This document shows, in pieces, positions 1 to 8,049 of a stretch of DNA of 64,000 nucleotides. Position numbers and translations under genes: made by a program. The notes beneath the pieces are model-generated. The model was not told the origin of the DNA, did not search any database, and saw nothing but the letters and a program-made list of their open reading frames with translations. Source of the DNA: Pseudomonadota bacterium. Its GTDB lineage: Bacteria > Myxococcota_A > Bradymonadia > UBA4248. Location: contig JAFUEE010000105.1 of NCBI GenBank assembly GCA_017464085.1, positions 7,214-71,213 of the forward strand, read 5' to 3'. Within the stretch, counting starts at the first letter, position 1; each line of letters begins with the position of its first letter.

Positions 1-244
1 CATTTCCCTGCATCTTTTCCATATATGACCTGAAGCTGAATCATCCGCGCCGCCTGTGTTCATGATACCTTTCTGAAGAGAGTTTCACTCTGATGTGCAC
101 TCTCTACTCTATGTAGGTATTAATACCACATGGGCGCGATTTATGCCCACATATTTTACGTTTTTTGCATGTGTGCGCGGCTATTGCCTTTGGCAATACG
201 CCGCGCCTGGGCGCGCCTATGCGCTGATGGCGCATACGCCGCGC

Positions 245-808
245 TCAATCGTCGTCATCATCGTCCCACCAGTGGTGTTCATCTCTGTTCTGCGCTTCCA
301 GTTCGAGCTCGTAGGCGTGATATTCGGCATCATAGTCGTGGTAATTGACATCATCGAGGCATTCGCGGTCGCACCAGTCGCCGTTCTGTTTGCGGAGATA
401 TTCGTCATCGCAGGCGTATTTGCAGGTCTTCCACCAATCGTATGAGGGAATGTAATAGGTGTAATAGATCTTTCGCCAGAAGCCTTGATAGCACATTTCC
501 ATGCCCGACACGTCTGTGAGGGGGCAGTGCATGATTTCGTCGTTCTCGTTGTATCGCCTGCAACTGTCGAATTTATGGGATGTCCAGTCGTATGTCACGG
601 GACAGATGATTTCGTCGCCATTAGGGGAGCATTCGGGGCCATAGTAGGCGGCAATGCATGCGTTGTCGCAGTTTTCGGGCAGGCCTAAATTTTCGTTCAG
701 GACGGGCATGACCAGGCCTTCGCGGAAACAGTGGTCATCCTGATAGCAGGCGGCCAGCGAGGTCAGTAATATTAATGATGTGAGAAGCGTAAGGGCGAAT
801 CGTTTCAT
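245..808 (-). CDS. Cys/Trp/Asp-rich secreted lipoprotein (hypothetical), C-terminal poly-Asp
   Basis: ORF track 245..859. The internal Met gives signal peptide MKRFALTLLTSLILLTSLAAC with a lipobox-like LAAC. 14 Cys, many W/Y/D, and the protein ends HHWWDDDDDD. No recognisable enzyme motif. Confidence 0.5.
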   Translation of the reverse strand: MKRFALTLLTSLILLTSLAACYQDDHCFREGLVMPVLNENLGLPENCDNACIAAYYGPECSPNGDEIICPVTYDWTSHKFDSCRRYNENDEIMHCPLTDVSGMEMCYQGFWRKIYYTYYIPSYDWWKTCKYACDDEYLRKQNGDWCDRECLDDVNYHDYDAEYHAYELELEAQNRDEHHWWDDDDDD

Positions 809-1150
809 GCGGAACCTCTGGTCAGATGCATTCGCTAAAAAACGAGCAGATGATAGCATTTGCGGAATATGAATGCAATGCGCTGCGTTTGCGGTGACAG
901 TTCAGCGAGACGTATGGCGCAACGCGTCATAGGGGAGCGCCGCGCTGCGTATGCCTGAAATGGCATAGCGCGCGGAAAAAAGTCAAAAAATCTCCCTGCG
1001 AATGTTGCGTCATTATTTCGTTTTGCTATGACAATATCGTGACAATGAATTGATAAACGTGTCTCAAGAGGTTACAATTGTTTCAGAAAATGAGACGGTC
1101 TGGCTCGCGGTTCTGAGGATTGGAACCTGAATGAAATTGGACGAAAAAAG

Positions 1151-2617
1151 ATGCGATATAACAGAGTTTTTGCGGTCATCGCGCTAGCCTTGTGCGTGAT
1201 CGCGTCATTGCTGATCGGTTCCCCGGAGGCTGCAGCTCAGACCCGGGAACTGTCGCTCTCGGATGCCATTGAGCTGGCGCAGAAGAATTCGCTTGCATGG
1301 GATCAGTTTGATGCGCGAGAAGAGAGCGCGAAGGCGCAGTACAAAATAGTGGAATCTCATTGGTGGCCGATACTTTCGGTCGATTCGTCGTTGCTGTTCT
1401 GGACCGATGAGTCCAAGATCGACGTGATGAATAAGGAGGATATCAAACAGAACCTGGCGACACAGATGCAGACGCTTGACGCACAGCAGCAGGCGATGAT
1501 GCAGATGTTCATGCCCGTGGTCGAGGCGATGCTTCCGGCCGTGGAAGATTCGGTCCCGGAGACGATCAAGCTCAAGGACAACATCACATTTACGATCGGG
1601 GCGACACTGAAGATGCCGCTGACACCGCTGTTCAAGGTGTATCAGGCGTCGAAGCTCGCCCAGGTCGGCATTGACAACGTTTCGGTGGAACGACGGGCAA
1701 AGCTGCTTTCGATCAATTATGAAGTGACGGAAGTCTATCTGAAGCTCGTGTATGCGCAGCTGATGCACGAGGTGGCTCAGGAGGCGCTTGAAACGATCAC
1801 GAAACACGTGGAGATGGCCGAAAAATACGAGTCTGCGGGGATTATCTCGCACTCGGATGTGCTGTCGGCAAAAGTGGAGCAGTTCAAGGCGCGCCAGAAC
1901 GTCGTGGAGGCGAAGAACGGCGCGCGTCTGGCCGGCATGAAGCTGGCGCAGGTGCTTTCGCTTGGGCGCGGTGTCGAGGTCAAGGCGCTCGACATGCCGC
2001 AGAACGCTTACCAGGTGCAGCTCGCGTCGCTCGAGTCTTATCAGGACAAGGCGCTCGAATCGCGCACTGAGCTTGAACGCATCGAGCTTGGCCGCGAAGC
2101 TGCCGCGCGCAAGGAAAAGATGGCGCTTCTGGACTATGTGCCACAGATCGCGCTCGTCGGCAGCTATCAGTACGCGAACGGCATTGATATTCTGAAACCG
2201 TCCAATCAGGGCATGATCGGCCTCCTGATGAACTGGACGGTGTTTGATGGCTTCGGACATTACTATGAGGCGCGCAAGGCGTCGCTTGAAGCGGCGGAGC
2301 TCGACAGCAAGTCCGCCGAGGCGCGCGACCTCATCCAGCTCGAAGTCGGTCAGAAATATCTCGCACTTTCGACAGCGCTTGAGCGCGTCGAATTGACTGG
2401 CCAGGCGCTTGAACTCGCGGAGGAAAATCTCCGCACGGTGACCGCTCAGTTCGCTCAGGGCGAATCCGTGAACACGGATGTCCTGACTGCCCAGACGCGT
2501 CATGCGGCTGCGCGGGCGGACGATGTCAAGGCGCGCATCGATATCCTGATCGCGCTTGCAGGGCTCAAACTCAGCCTCGGCGAAGATCCGGCTATCGGGC
2601 CGGAGGCGTTTATTTAG
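1151..2617 (+). CDS. TolC-family outer membrane efflux protein
   Basis: 488 aa with an N-terminal signal peptide. Two coiled-coil-rich halves typical of OEP/TolC repeats. Sits in an operon with TetR, an HlyD-like MFP and ABC-2 permeases. Confidence 0.75.
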   Translation: MRYNRVFAVIALALCVIASLLIGSPEAAAQTRELSLSDAIELAQKNSLAWDQFDAREESAKAQYKIVESHWWPILSVDSSLLFWTDESKIDVMNKEDIKQNLATQMQTLDAQQQAMMQMFMPVVEAMLPAVEDSVPETIKLKDNITFTIGATLKMPLTPLFKVYQASKLAQVGIDNVSVERRAKLLSINYEVTEVYLKLVYAQLMHEVAQEALETITKHVEMAEKYESAGIISHSDVLSAKVEQFKARQNVVEAKNGARLAGMKLAQVLSLGRGVEVKALDMPQNAYQVQLASLESYQDKALESRTELERIELGREAAARKEKMALLDYVPQIALVGSYQYANGIDILKPSNQGMIGLLMNWTVFDGFGHYYEARKASLEAAELDSKSAEARDLIQLEVGQKYLALSTALERVELTGQALELAEENLRTVTAQFAQGESVNTDVLTAQTRHAAARADDVKARIDILIALAGLKLSLGEDPAIGPEAFI

Positions 2618-2794
2618 GCAAAGCCTCTGCAAGCACCTCTTGCAGAGGCTTATTTTTCGTTTAGTTCCGGACGTGCCGGCATCCCGACTGGGGCGGCGCT
2701 TGGGCTCATGGGCTCGTTGCGCGCCGTGGAGGGGGGGCGTCTTGCGTCCGCGTATCACAGGCCGGTGGCCTGGTTATTATTCAAGGAGGGAAGC

Positions 2795-3424
2795 ATGGCG
2801 ACTGAAGGGCGTTTTGACAGACAGATCCTCAGAGTGTCCCGCGATGAATTTTCAAAACATGGTTACTATGGCACACGCATCGACACCGTCGCGGCAAATG
2901 CCAAGGTAAACAAGCGCATGATCTACGAGTTCTGCCATACAAAGGAAGGCCTCTATATGATCACGCTCAGCGATGTTTCTCGCGAGATGATGGGGGTGTT
3001 TGAGCAGACGCAACCGCAGTTCAGAAGCGCAGAGAGTGTGCGTGCAATCTATAGCGTCCTGCTCAACATGCTTGAGGATCAGGGCGAATTTCTACGCCTC
3101 TGGGCTTGGGAACGCATGGATCAGACGATTCACGGGCCGCGCATTCTCGAAACTGTTTCATCTATCTTCGAGCAGATCAGGACGTTCGTCGTCAAGTTGC
3201 TCAAACCGGACTTGCCTGAGTCGCTCAACAGTGGATTTGAAGCAGTCGAGGCGCTCTGTCACGGTTATATGCTGACCAGCGCCATGTATTTCCGATGTGA
3301 TCCCGAAATGGATGTCGCCGAGGCGGAAGGCGCCAGCCCCGCGCTCAGGCGGCTCAACATGTCGATGAATGCCCAGGGCATGCTGCTCGAAAGCATCGAG
3401 CGACTGCTCGTCGGGCATGTCTGA
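2795..3424 (+). CDS. TetR/AcrR-family transcriptional regulator
   Basis: N-terminal HTH (RVSRDEFSKHGYYGTRIDTVAANAKVNKRMIYEFC) is TetR-like. ATG at 2795 is preceded by AAGGAGG. The upstream part of ORF 2708.. is probably not translated. Confidence 0.7.
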   Translation: MATEGRFDRQILRVSRDEFSKHGYYGTRIDTVAANAKVNKRMIYEFCHTKEGLYMITLSDVSREMMGVFEQTQPQFRSAESVRAIYSVLLNMLEDQGEFLRLWAWERMDQTIHGPRILETVSSIFEQIRTFVVKLLKPDLPESLNSGFEAVEALCHGYMLTSAMYFRCDPEMDVAEAEGASPALRRLNMSMNAQGMLLESIERLLVGHV

Positions 3425-3490
3425 AGACTGAAACGCAGGGCGGCCTGACTGATCGCTTTGGAATTGGGAGGGGGATGACTCCCCCTGCGC

Positions 3491-3517
3491 GGCTATTTCG
3501 CGGTCGCGAAATACGCC
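3491..3517. promoter_or_regulatory. Palindrome CTATTTCGCG-gtc-GCGAAATAC between tetR and the HlyD-like gene (candidate operator)
   Basis: Perfect 10-bp inverted repeat seen in the sequence. Located 53 bp upstream of the MFP start. Part of a composite repeat that also occurs at 42438-42507. Confidence 0.3.
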
Positions 3518-3569
3518 GCTACCCCCTCGGCGATTCGCATTCAGACACGCCAAATCATCAGGAAAAATC

Positions 3570-4565
3570 ATGAGAATTTTTAGCAGATATATCGTTATGG
3601 CTATGGTGGCATTGATGCCGCTCGTCAATGCATGTGACAACCGCGATGAGGTCTATGCAAAGCTGACGACGACGAACAGAGGGTCGGATGCGCTGCAGAT
3701 CACAGGCCTGATCAATGCGACGGAAATTGATGTCGCGAGCAAGGTCCCGGGCAGAATCTCGAAAATCAACGTCGTGGAAGGACAGCAGGTCAAGGCCGGC
3801 GATGAGCTTTGCGAGCTCAACCTCGCGGAACTCGATGCCAAGCTCCTTCAAGCCAATTCCGCGATTGACGCAGCCAAGGCGCAGCTCGCGCTCGCTCGCA
3901 AGGGCGCTCGCCCGCAGGAAAAGAAAGCTGCCGCTAATCAGGTCGAGACTGCGCGCGCGCAGGTCGAGGTGACAAAAAAAATGCTCGACAGGATGCAGAA
4001 GCTCCTCGACGAAAAAGCGCTTCCGCTCGCGAAATTCGAGGAAGTCGAGTTCAAATATCAGGCATCTGTCAATCAGCTCGCGATGGCCGAAGCAAAGCTC
4101 GATGCAATCAACAAGGGCGCGCGCGATGAAGAACTGAGCGCCCTGGAGGCACTTGTCAACCGTGGCGAAAGCGCGGCCGCCGAGATTGAAATCTATAAAA
4201 GCGAGCGCGTGCAGGTCGCGCCAGTCGATGGCGAAGTCTCCAAAATTGTCGTGCACGAAGGCGAACTGACAAACACGGGATATCCGATCATCACGATCGT
4301 CAAGACTGACGATATGTGGGCAAGCTTCGCCGTCCGCGAAGATAGGCTCAAAGATATCCGCATCGGCAGCAAGGTCGAGATCGAGATTCCCGCTCTGGAC
4401 AAAAAAATCCCGATGGTCGTGTCAAACATCTCCGCGATGGCCGATTTTGCGACCTGGAGAGCGACATCTGACCGCGACCGCTTTGATCTGAAGAGCTTTG
4501 AAGTCAAACTTCGTCCGGAGTCGCCGATCGATGGCCTTCGTCCCGGGATGACCGCACGATGGTAA
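3570..4565 (+). CDS. HlyD-family membrane fusion protein (periplasmic adaptor), lipoprotein-type
   Basis: Lipobox VNAC. Biotin-lipoyl-like motif RISKINVVEGQQVKAGDELCEL, long coiled coils, second beta-barrel half. Confidence 0.8.
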   Translation: MRIFSRYIVMAMVALMPLVNACDNRDEVYAKLTTTNRGSDALQITGLINATEIDVASKVPGRISKINVVEGQQVKAGDELCELNLAELDAKLLQANSAIDAAKAQLALARKGARPQEKKAAANQVETARAQVEVTKKMLDRMQKLLDEKALPLAKFEEVEFKYQASVNQLAMAEAKLDAINKGARDEELSALEALVNRGESAAAEIEIYKSERVQVAPVDGEVSKIVVHEGELTNTGYPIITIVKTDDMWASFAVREDRLKDIRIGSKVEIEIPALDKKIPMVVSNISAMADFATWRATSDRDRFDLKSFEVKLRPESPIDGLRPGMTARW

Positions 4566-4571
4566 TGCGCG

Positions 4572-6125
4572 ATGTATCTGCTCAAGGGAATTTTAGATTT
4601 TCTGACGATCCTGTTCCGGCGGCCTAAGTTCCTGTTCATGATCGCCACGCTCGTGCTGACGGTCGTGACAGTCATGACGGTCTATGGCGTGGGCGTCGTG
4701 TCGGATGTGCCGGTCTATGTCGTGGATCACGACAACAGCACGGTCAGCCGGTCGCTTCGCCTGTTCCTCGATGCCGGGCCTGATCTGAAGGTGCTGGGGA
4801 CGCTCGATACGCTCGAAGAAGCGGAAGATGTGCTCCGAAATGGCGAGGCCGCTGCTGTCGTGTATATTCCGAATGGGGTGTCGCAGGCCGTCAAGACACA
4901 GAGCGGCGGACGCGTTTTCGCCTATCTGGATGGCTCCAACATGCTGCTCGCGCGCAATGCCGACAAGGCCATTCAGACAGTCGTCAAGACGGCATCTGTC
5001 GGCGTGAGCATGATTGCGGTCAATAAAAAGGGCATGCCCAAGCATGAGCTGATGGGCGCGCTTCAGCCGATCAGGCTCGATGTCGACAGGCCGTTCAATA
5101 CGCTGACGCTCTATAGCGAATACCTCGTGCCCGTCCTCATCTTCTTTTGCCTCAATATCTTCATCTGCCTGATGACTTGCGCGTGCTATCAGGAGCCGCT
5201 GCCCGAAGCCGTGCGCCAGCACAGCATCCGCAAGCGCTTCTTTTATTTCGGACGCCTTCTGGTCGTTTTTGTGCTCTCGCTGTTGGGCGGCCTCTGGATG
5301 TATCAATATGGCTTGCCCAGGGTCGATATCGTACTGCAGTCGATGCCCATCATGGCTCTGAGCGCGCTGCTCGTCTATGTCGCGCTCACGCAGGCGCTGT
5401 TCGCGAGCATCAATCTGCTGACTCCGAAGCCCATCGCGATGTCGCTCTCTTACCTGACCTGCATGCTCAGCGTCATGTTCTCTGGGCTGACTTGGCCGCT
5501 CGAGATGATGCCCTGGTATATCAGGGAGTTCGCGACATGGATTCCGCTCACGCCGTTTTTGCAGTCCGTGCAGGTCTTTCTGTATCACGATGCGAACTGG
5601 GGCGATCTCGCGGATTTTTACCAGATGTTCCTCAAACAGCTGGTGCTCTATGCCATTTTGATCTTCGCTGCGATGCGCATGCGGGATATCAAGCTCTTCA
5701 CGAAGTGGGTCTGGCGCAAGCTGCGCGGAAACTCGGTTGAAGATGCACCGTCTGGAAATGGCGATGCGGTGGCTGTGGGCGTAACCAGCCAGACTTCGGT
5801 CACAGACGGGGTCGCTCACGGCGTAACCAGTCAGACTTCGGTCACAGACGAGGTCGCTCACGGCGTAACCAGTCAGACTTTGGTCACAGACGGGGTCGCT
5901 CACGGCGTAACCAGTCAGACTTTGGTCACAGACGAGGTGACTCACGGCGTAACCAGCCAGACTTCGGTCACAGACGAGGTCGCTCACGGCGTAACCAGCC
6001 AGACTTCGGTCACAGACGAGGTCGCTCAAACAGTGAACGACACAAACTCGGCAGCAGGTTTGGAGGTCAAAGGCAGATCCCGGCGCAAGAAACGCGCGAA
6101 ATCCGCCAGGGAGGATCAGCCATGA
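4572..6125 (+). CDS. ABC-2 family transporter permease with C-terminal 14-aa x6 tandem-repeat tail
   Basis: N-terminal TM helix, large periplasmic loop, then 6 TM helices (YhhJ/YbhS-like). C-terminus has GVTSQTSVTD(E/G)VAH x6 encoded by 42-bp tandem repeats (5779-6030), then a basic tail RSRRKKRAKSAREDQP. No ABC ATPase domain. Confidence 0.75.
   Translation: MYLLKGILDFLTILFRRPKFLFMIATLVLTVVTVMTVYGVGVVSDVPVYVVDHDNSTVSRSLRLFLDAGPDLKVLGTLDTLEEAEDVLRNGEAAAVVYIPNGVSQAVKTQSGGRVFAYLDGSNMLLARNADKAIQTVVKTASVGVSMIAVNKKGMPKHELMGALQPIRLDVDRPFNTLTLYSEYLVPVLIFFCLNIFICLMTCACYQEPLPEAVRQHSIRKRFFYFGRLLVVFVLSLLGGLWMYQYGLPRVDIVLQSMPIMALSALLVYVALTQALFASINLLTPKPIAMSLSYLTCMLSVMFSGLTWPLEMMPWYIREFATWIPLTPFLQSVQVFLYHDANWGDLADFYQMFLKQLVLYAILIFAAMRMRDIKLFTKWVWRKLRGNSVEDAPSGNGDAVAVGVTSQTSVTDGVAHGVTSQTSVTDEVAHGVTSQTLVTDGVAHGVTSQTLVTDEVTHGVTSQTSVTDEVAHGVTSQTSVTDEVAQTVNDTNSAAGLEVKGRSRRKKRAKSAREDQP
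5779..6030 (+). repeat. 42-bp tandem repeat x6 inside the 3' end of the ABC-2 permease gene
   Basis: gtaaccagccagacttcggtcacagacgaggtcgctcacggc-like units seen directly. Encodes the GVTSQTSVTDEVAH repeats. Confidence 0.85.
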
Positions 6126-7315
6126 AACAGATCTTTAAAAAAATCCTCTCGCATCTTTGTTTTTGGCGCGAGATGAAGGATGAGGCGAAACACAGCTTTA
6201 AGTATGTGCTGCCGCTCGTCATCGCGCTCGGCGTGCCGATCATCTATCCGGGCCTGATCTCGCTGACGTATTCTAACCAGAGCGTCGTCGAGCGGACTGC
6301 AGTCGTGTTCGATCAGGATAATTCGGCGCTTTCGCGCGACCTGATGCTCTCGATAGATGCGACGCAGGGCGTGGATATCATCCGGAGAGTGAACAGCATG
6401 GAGGACGGCGTCGAAGCCGTGATGAGCCGCGAAGCGGATGTCTTTATCTTCTTTCCGGAGGATTTTTCCAGCCGCATCAAGCACTTCGAACAAGGAGAGC
6501 TGAAAGTCTATATCTACGCGACAAATATGATGATTTATGCGGCGGCTTTGGGCGGTATCTCTCAGACCGTTTTGGACAAGAATGTTCAGATTGCGGTCGA
6601 GCGCCTGGCAAATCCGAGCGGCATCACTGGCGAACGCGCTGTCGATACGATGGATCCCATCCAGTATGACAGGCACATGCTCTATTCGCCGACGCTCGCG
6701 TATGCATCCTATATCAGCCCGCTGCTGTTTGTCATCGTGTTCCATCAGATGGGGCTTCTCGTGCTCGGGTTTGGCATCGGCTATCGCCGCGAGCAGGATG
6801 AGGCATTCAGAGCGCGCAAATTATATTATATCGATTATTTCTGGCGATATTTATACTATCTCCTGTTCATCATCTTGGGGACATTCCTCGTCTATAAGGT
6901 CATCACGCCCTTCTTTGGATGGCCTTGCGACAATCCCACGGAAATGATGAAGCTTTCGACTCTGATGGTCATCTGCCAGATGCCGCTTTCAATCATGATT
7001 GCGTCGTTCTGCAATGACCGCTATTCGAGTTTTCAATATATTCTTGGGCTCTCGCTGTTTGTGTTCACGCTGAGCGGGTATGTCTGGCCGCTTTATGCCA
7101 TGCCCAACTGGGCAGTCACGGCATCAGATTACCTCGGCATACAGCCGGCTGCTTCGGCAATGCGCAAGATCACATACAAAAATATGATGCTCTCCGATTG
7201 CCCCGAAGAAGTCGCAAAACTCATTCACCTCTCGCTGATCTACTTTGTGATATCACTTGTCGCCGTTCACCGCGACCTGATCGCGCTTCCGTTTAAGAAG
7301 CTTTGTCATAAGTAG
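6122..7315 (+). CDS. ABC-2 family transporter permease (second paralog)
   Basis: Start overlaps the previous stop (ATGA), suggesting translational coupling. N-terminal TM plus periplasmic loop plus 6 TM helices. Paralogous architecture to the upstream gene. Confidence 0.75.
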   Translation: MKQIFKKILSHLCFWREMKDEAKHSFKYVLPLVIALGVPIIYPGLISLTYSNQSVVERTAVVFDQDNSALSRDLMLSIDATQGVDIIRRVNSMEDGVEAVMSREADVFIFFPEDFSSRIKHFEQGELKVYIYATNMMIYAAALGGISQTVLDKNVQIAVERLANPSGITGERAVDTMDPIQYDRHMLYSPTLAYASYISPLLFVIVFHQMGLLVLGFGIGYRREQDEAFRARKLYYIDYFWRYLYYLLFIILGTFLVYKVITPFFGWPCDNPTEMMKLSTLMVICQMPLSIMIASFCNDRYSSFQYILGLSLFVFTLSGYVWPLYAMPNWAVTASDYLGIQPAASAMRKITYKNMMLSDCPEEVAKLIHLSLIYFVISLVAVHRDLIALPFKKLCHK

Positions 7316-7341
7316 ATTTGAGTTTTTTTGAGGGTTTTTGT

Positions 7342-7386
7342 GGGGGGAACCCTTTCTTTTGTGCCAAAAGAAAGAGGTTCCCCCCA
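7342..7386. repeat. 45-bp near-perfect palindrome (REP/terminator-like), copy 1
   Basis: ggggggaaccctttcttttgtgcc/aaaagaaagaggttcccccc. A ~20-bp stem immediately after the permease stop. Homologous copy at 52996-53039. Confidence 0.8.
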
Positions 7387-7422
7387 CACCCCCTTCCCAA
7401 AGAAAGGCAGTGTTTGTTTTTG

Positions 7423-7615
7423 GGGGGATGTTTTTTGTGGGTGATGCTTGGTTTGTGTGTGGGGGATGTTTTTTGTGGGTGATGCTTGGTTTGTGTGTGG
7501 GGGGATGTTTTTTGTGGGTGATGCTTGGTTTGTGTGTGGGGGATGTTTTTTGTGGGTGATGCTTGGTTTGTGTGTGGGGGGGTGTTTTTTTGTGGGTGAT
7601 GCTTGGTTTTTTGGG
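7423..7615 (+). repeat. G/T-rich ~38-40-bp tandem repeat x5
   Basis: ggggatgttttttgtgggtgatgcttggtttgtgtgtg units with G5 tracts every ~38 bp. The track ORFs here on both strands are repeat artefacts. Confidence 0.8.
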
Positions 7616-7791
7616 GGGTGATGTTTGTTTTTGCCTCTAACGCACGCTGAAGGCGTGCCAGAGTATAGCCCGGGGTAAGCCCGAATGGGCGCAACCCCGG
7701 GTAAATGTGCAGGAGGCCGTATGCGCGTCAGCGCATAGGCCGACTGGGACGGCGTATCGGCGGAACGCCGATAGCCGGCCTTTTCCACAGG

Positions 7792-7893
7792 CCACGTTCG
7801 CATCATTCGGCAATAGAGCCAGGCAATACATTTGAAATCAAAGCCAGAATCTTTATCATGCTCACTACTGCCTGTTGCCTGCTGCCTGTTGCC
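7792..7893 (-). repeat. ~100-bp dispersed intergenic element, copy 1 (inverted relative to copy 2)
   Basis: The reverse complement is ~90% identical to 51628-51729. Element ends GGCAATAG...CTATTGCC (terminal inverted repeats), with an internal ggcaa(c/t)aggcag x2. Confidence 0.6.
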
Positions 7894-8049
7894 TGCACAC
7901 GAAACCCTTATTCTTCTGCCAGACCATAAGGGGCTGAAGAGTTACCCCTAGTGTAATCGATTTGTTCCGAAACTTTAAAATTGCGAATGCGTATGCTAGG
8001 TTACGATGTGGCGTTGTATGTGCGCCATTGGCTTTTTGAGGAGTTTTAG

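Noticed and set aside
4593-6029. 478-aa minus-strand ORF with its own repeats (AVSDLVCDRSLAGY...) antisense to the ABC-2 permease
   Set aside because: The repeats are simply the reverse-frame reading of the 42-bp tandem array. The sense strand encodes a coherent 6-TM permease.
7293-7806. Minus-strand ORFs 7293..7694 and 7306..7806 (Pro/His/Thr/Lys-rich repeats) and plus ORF 7338..7559
   Set aside because: These are translations of the G/T-rich tandem array and palindrome. They have no start context and cross the palindromic terminator.
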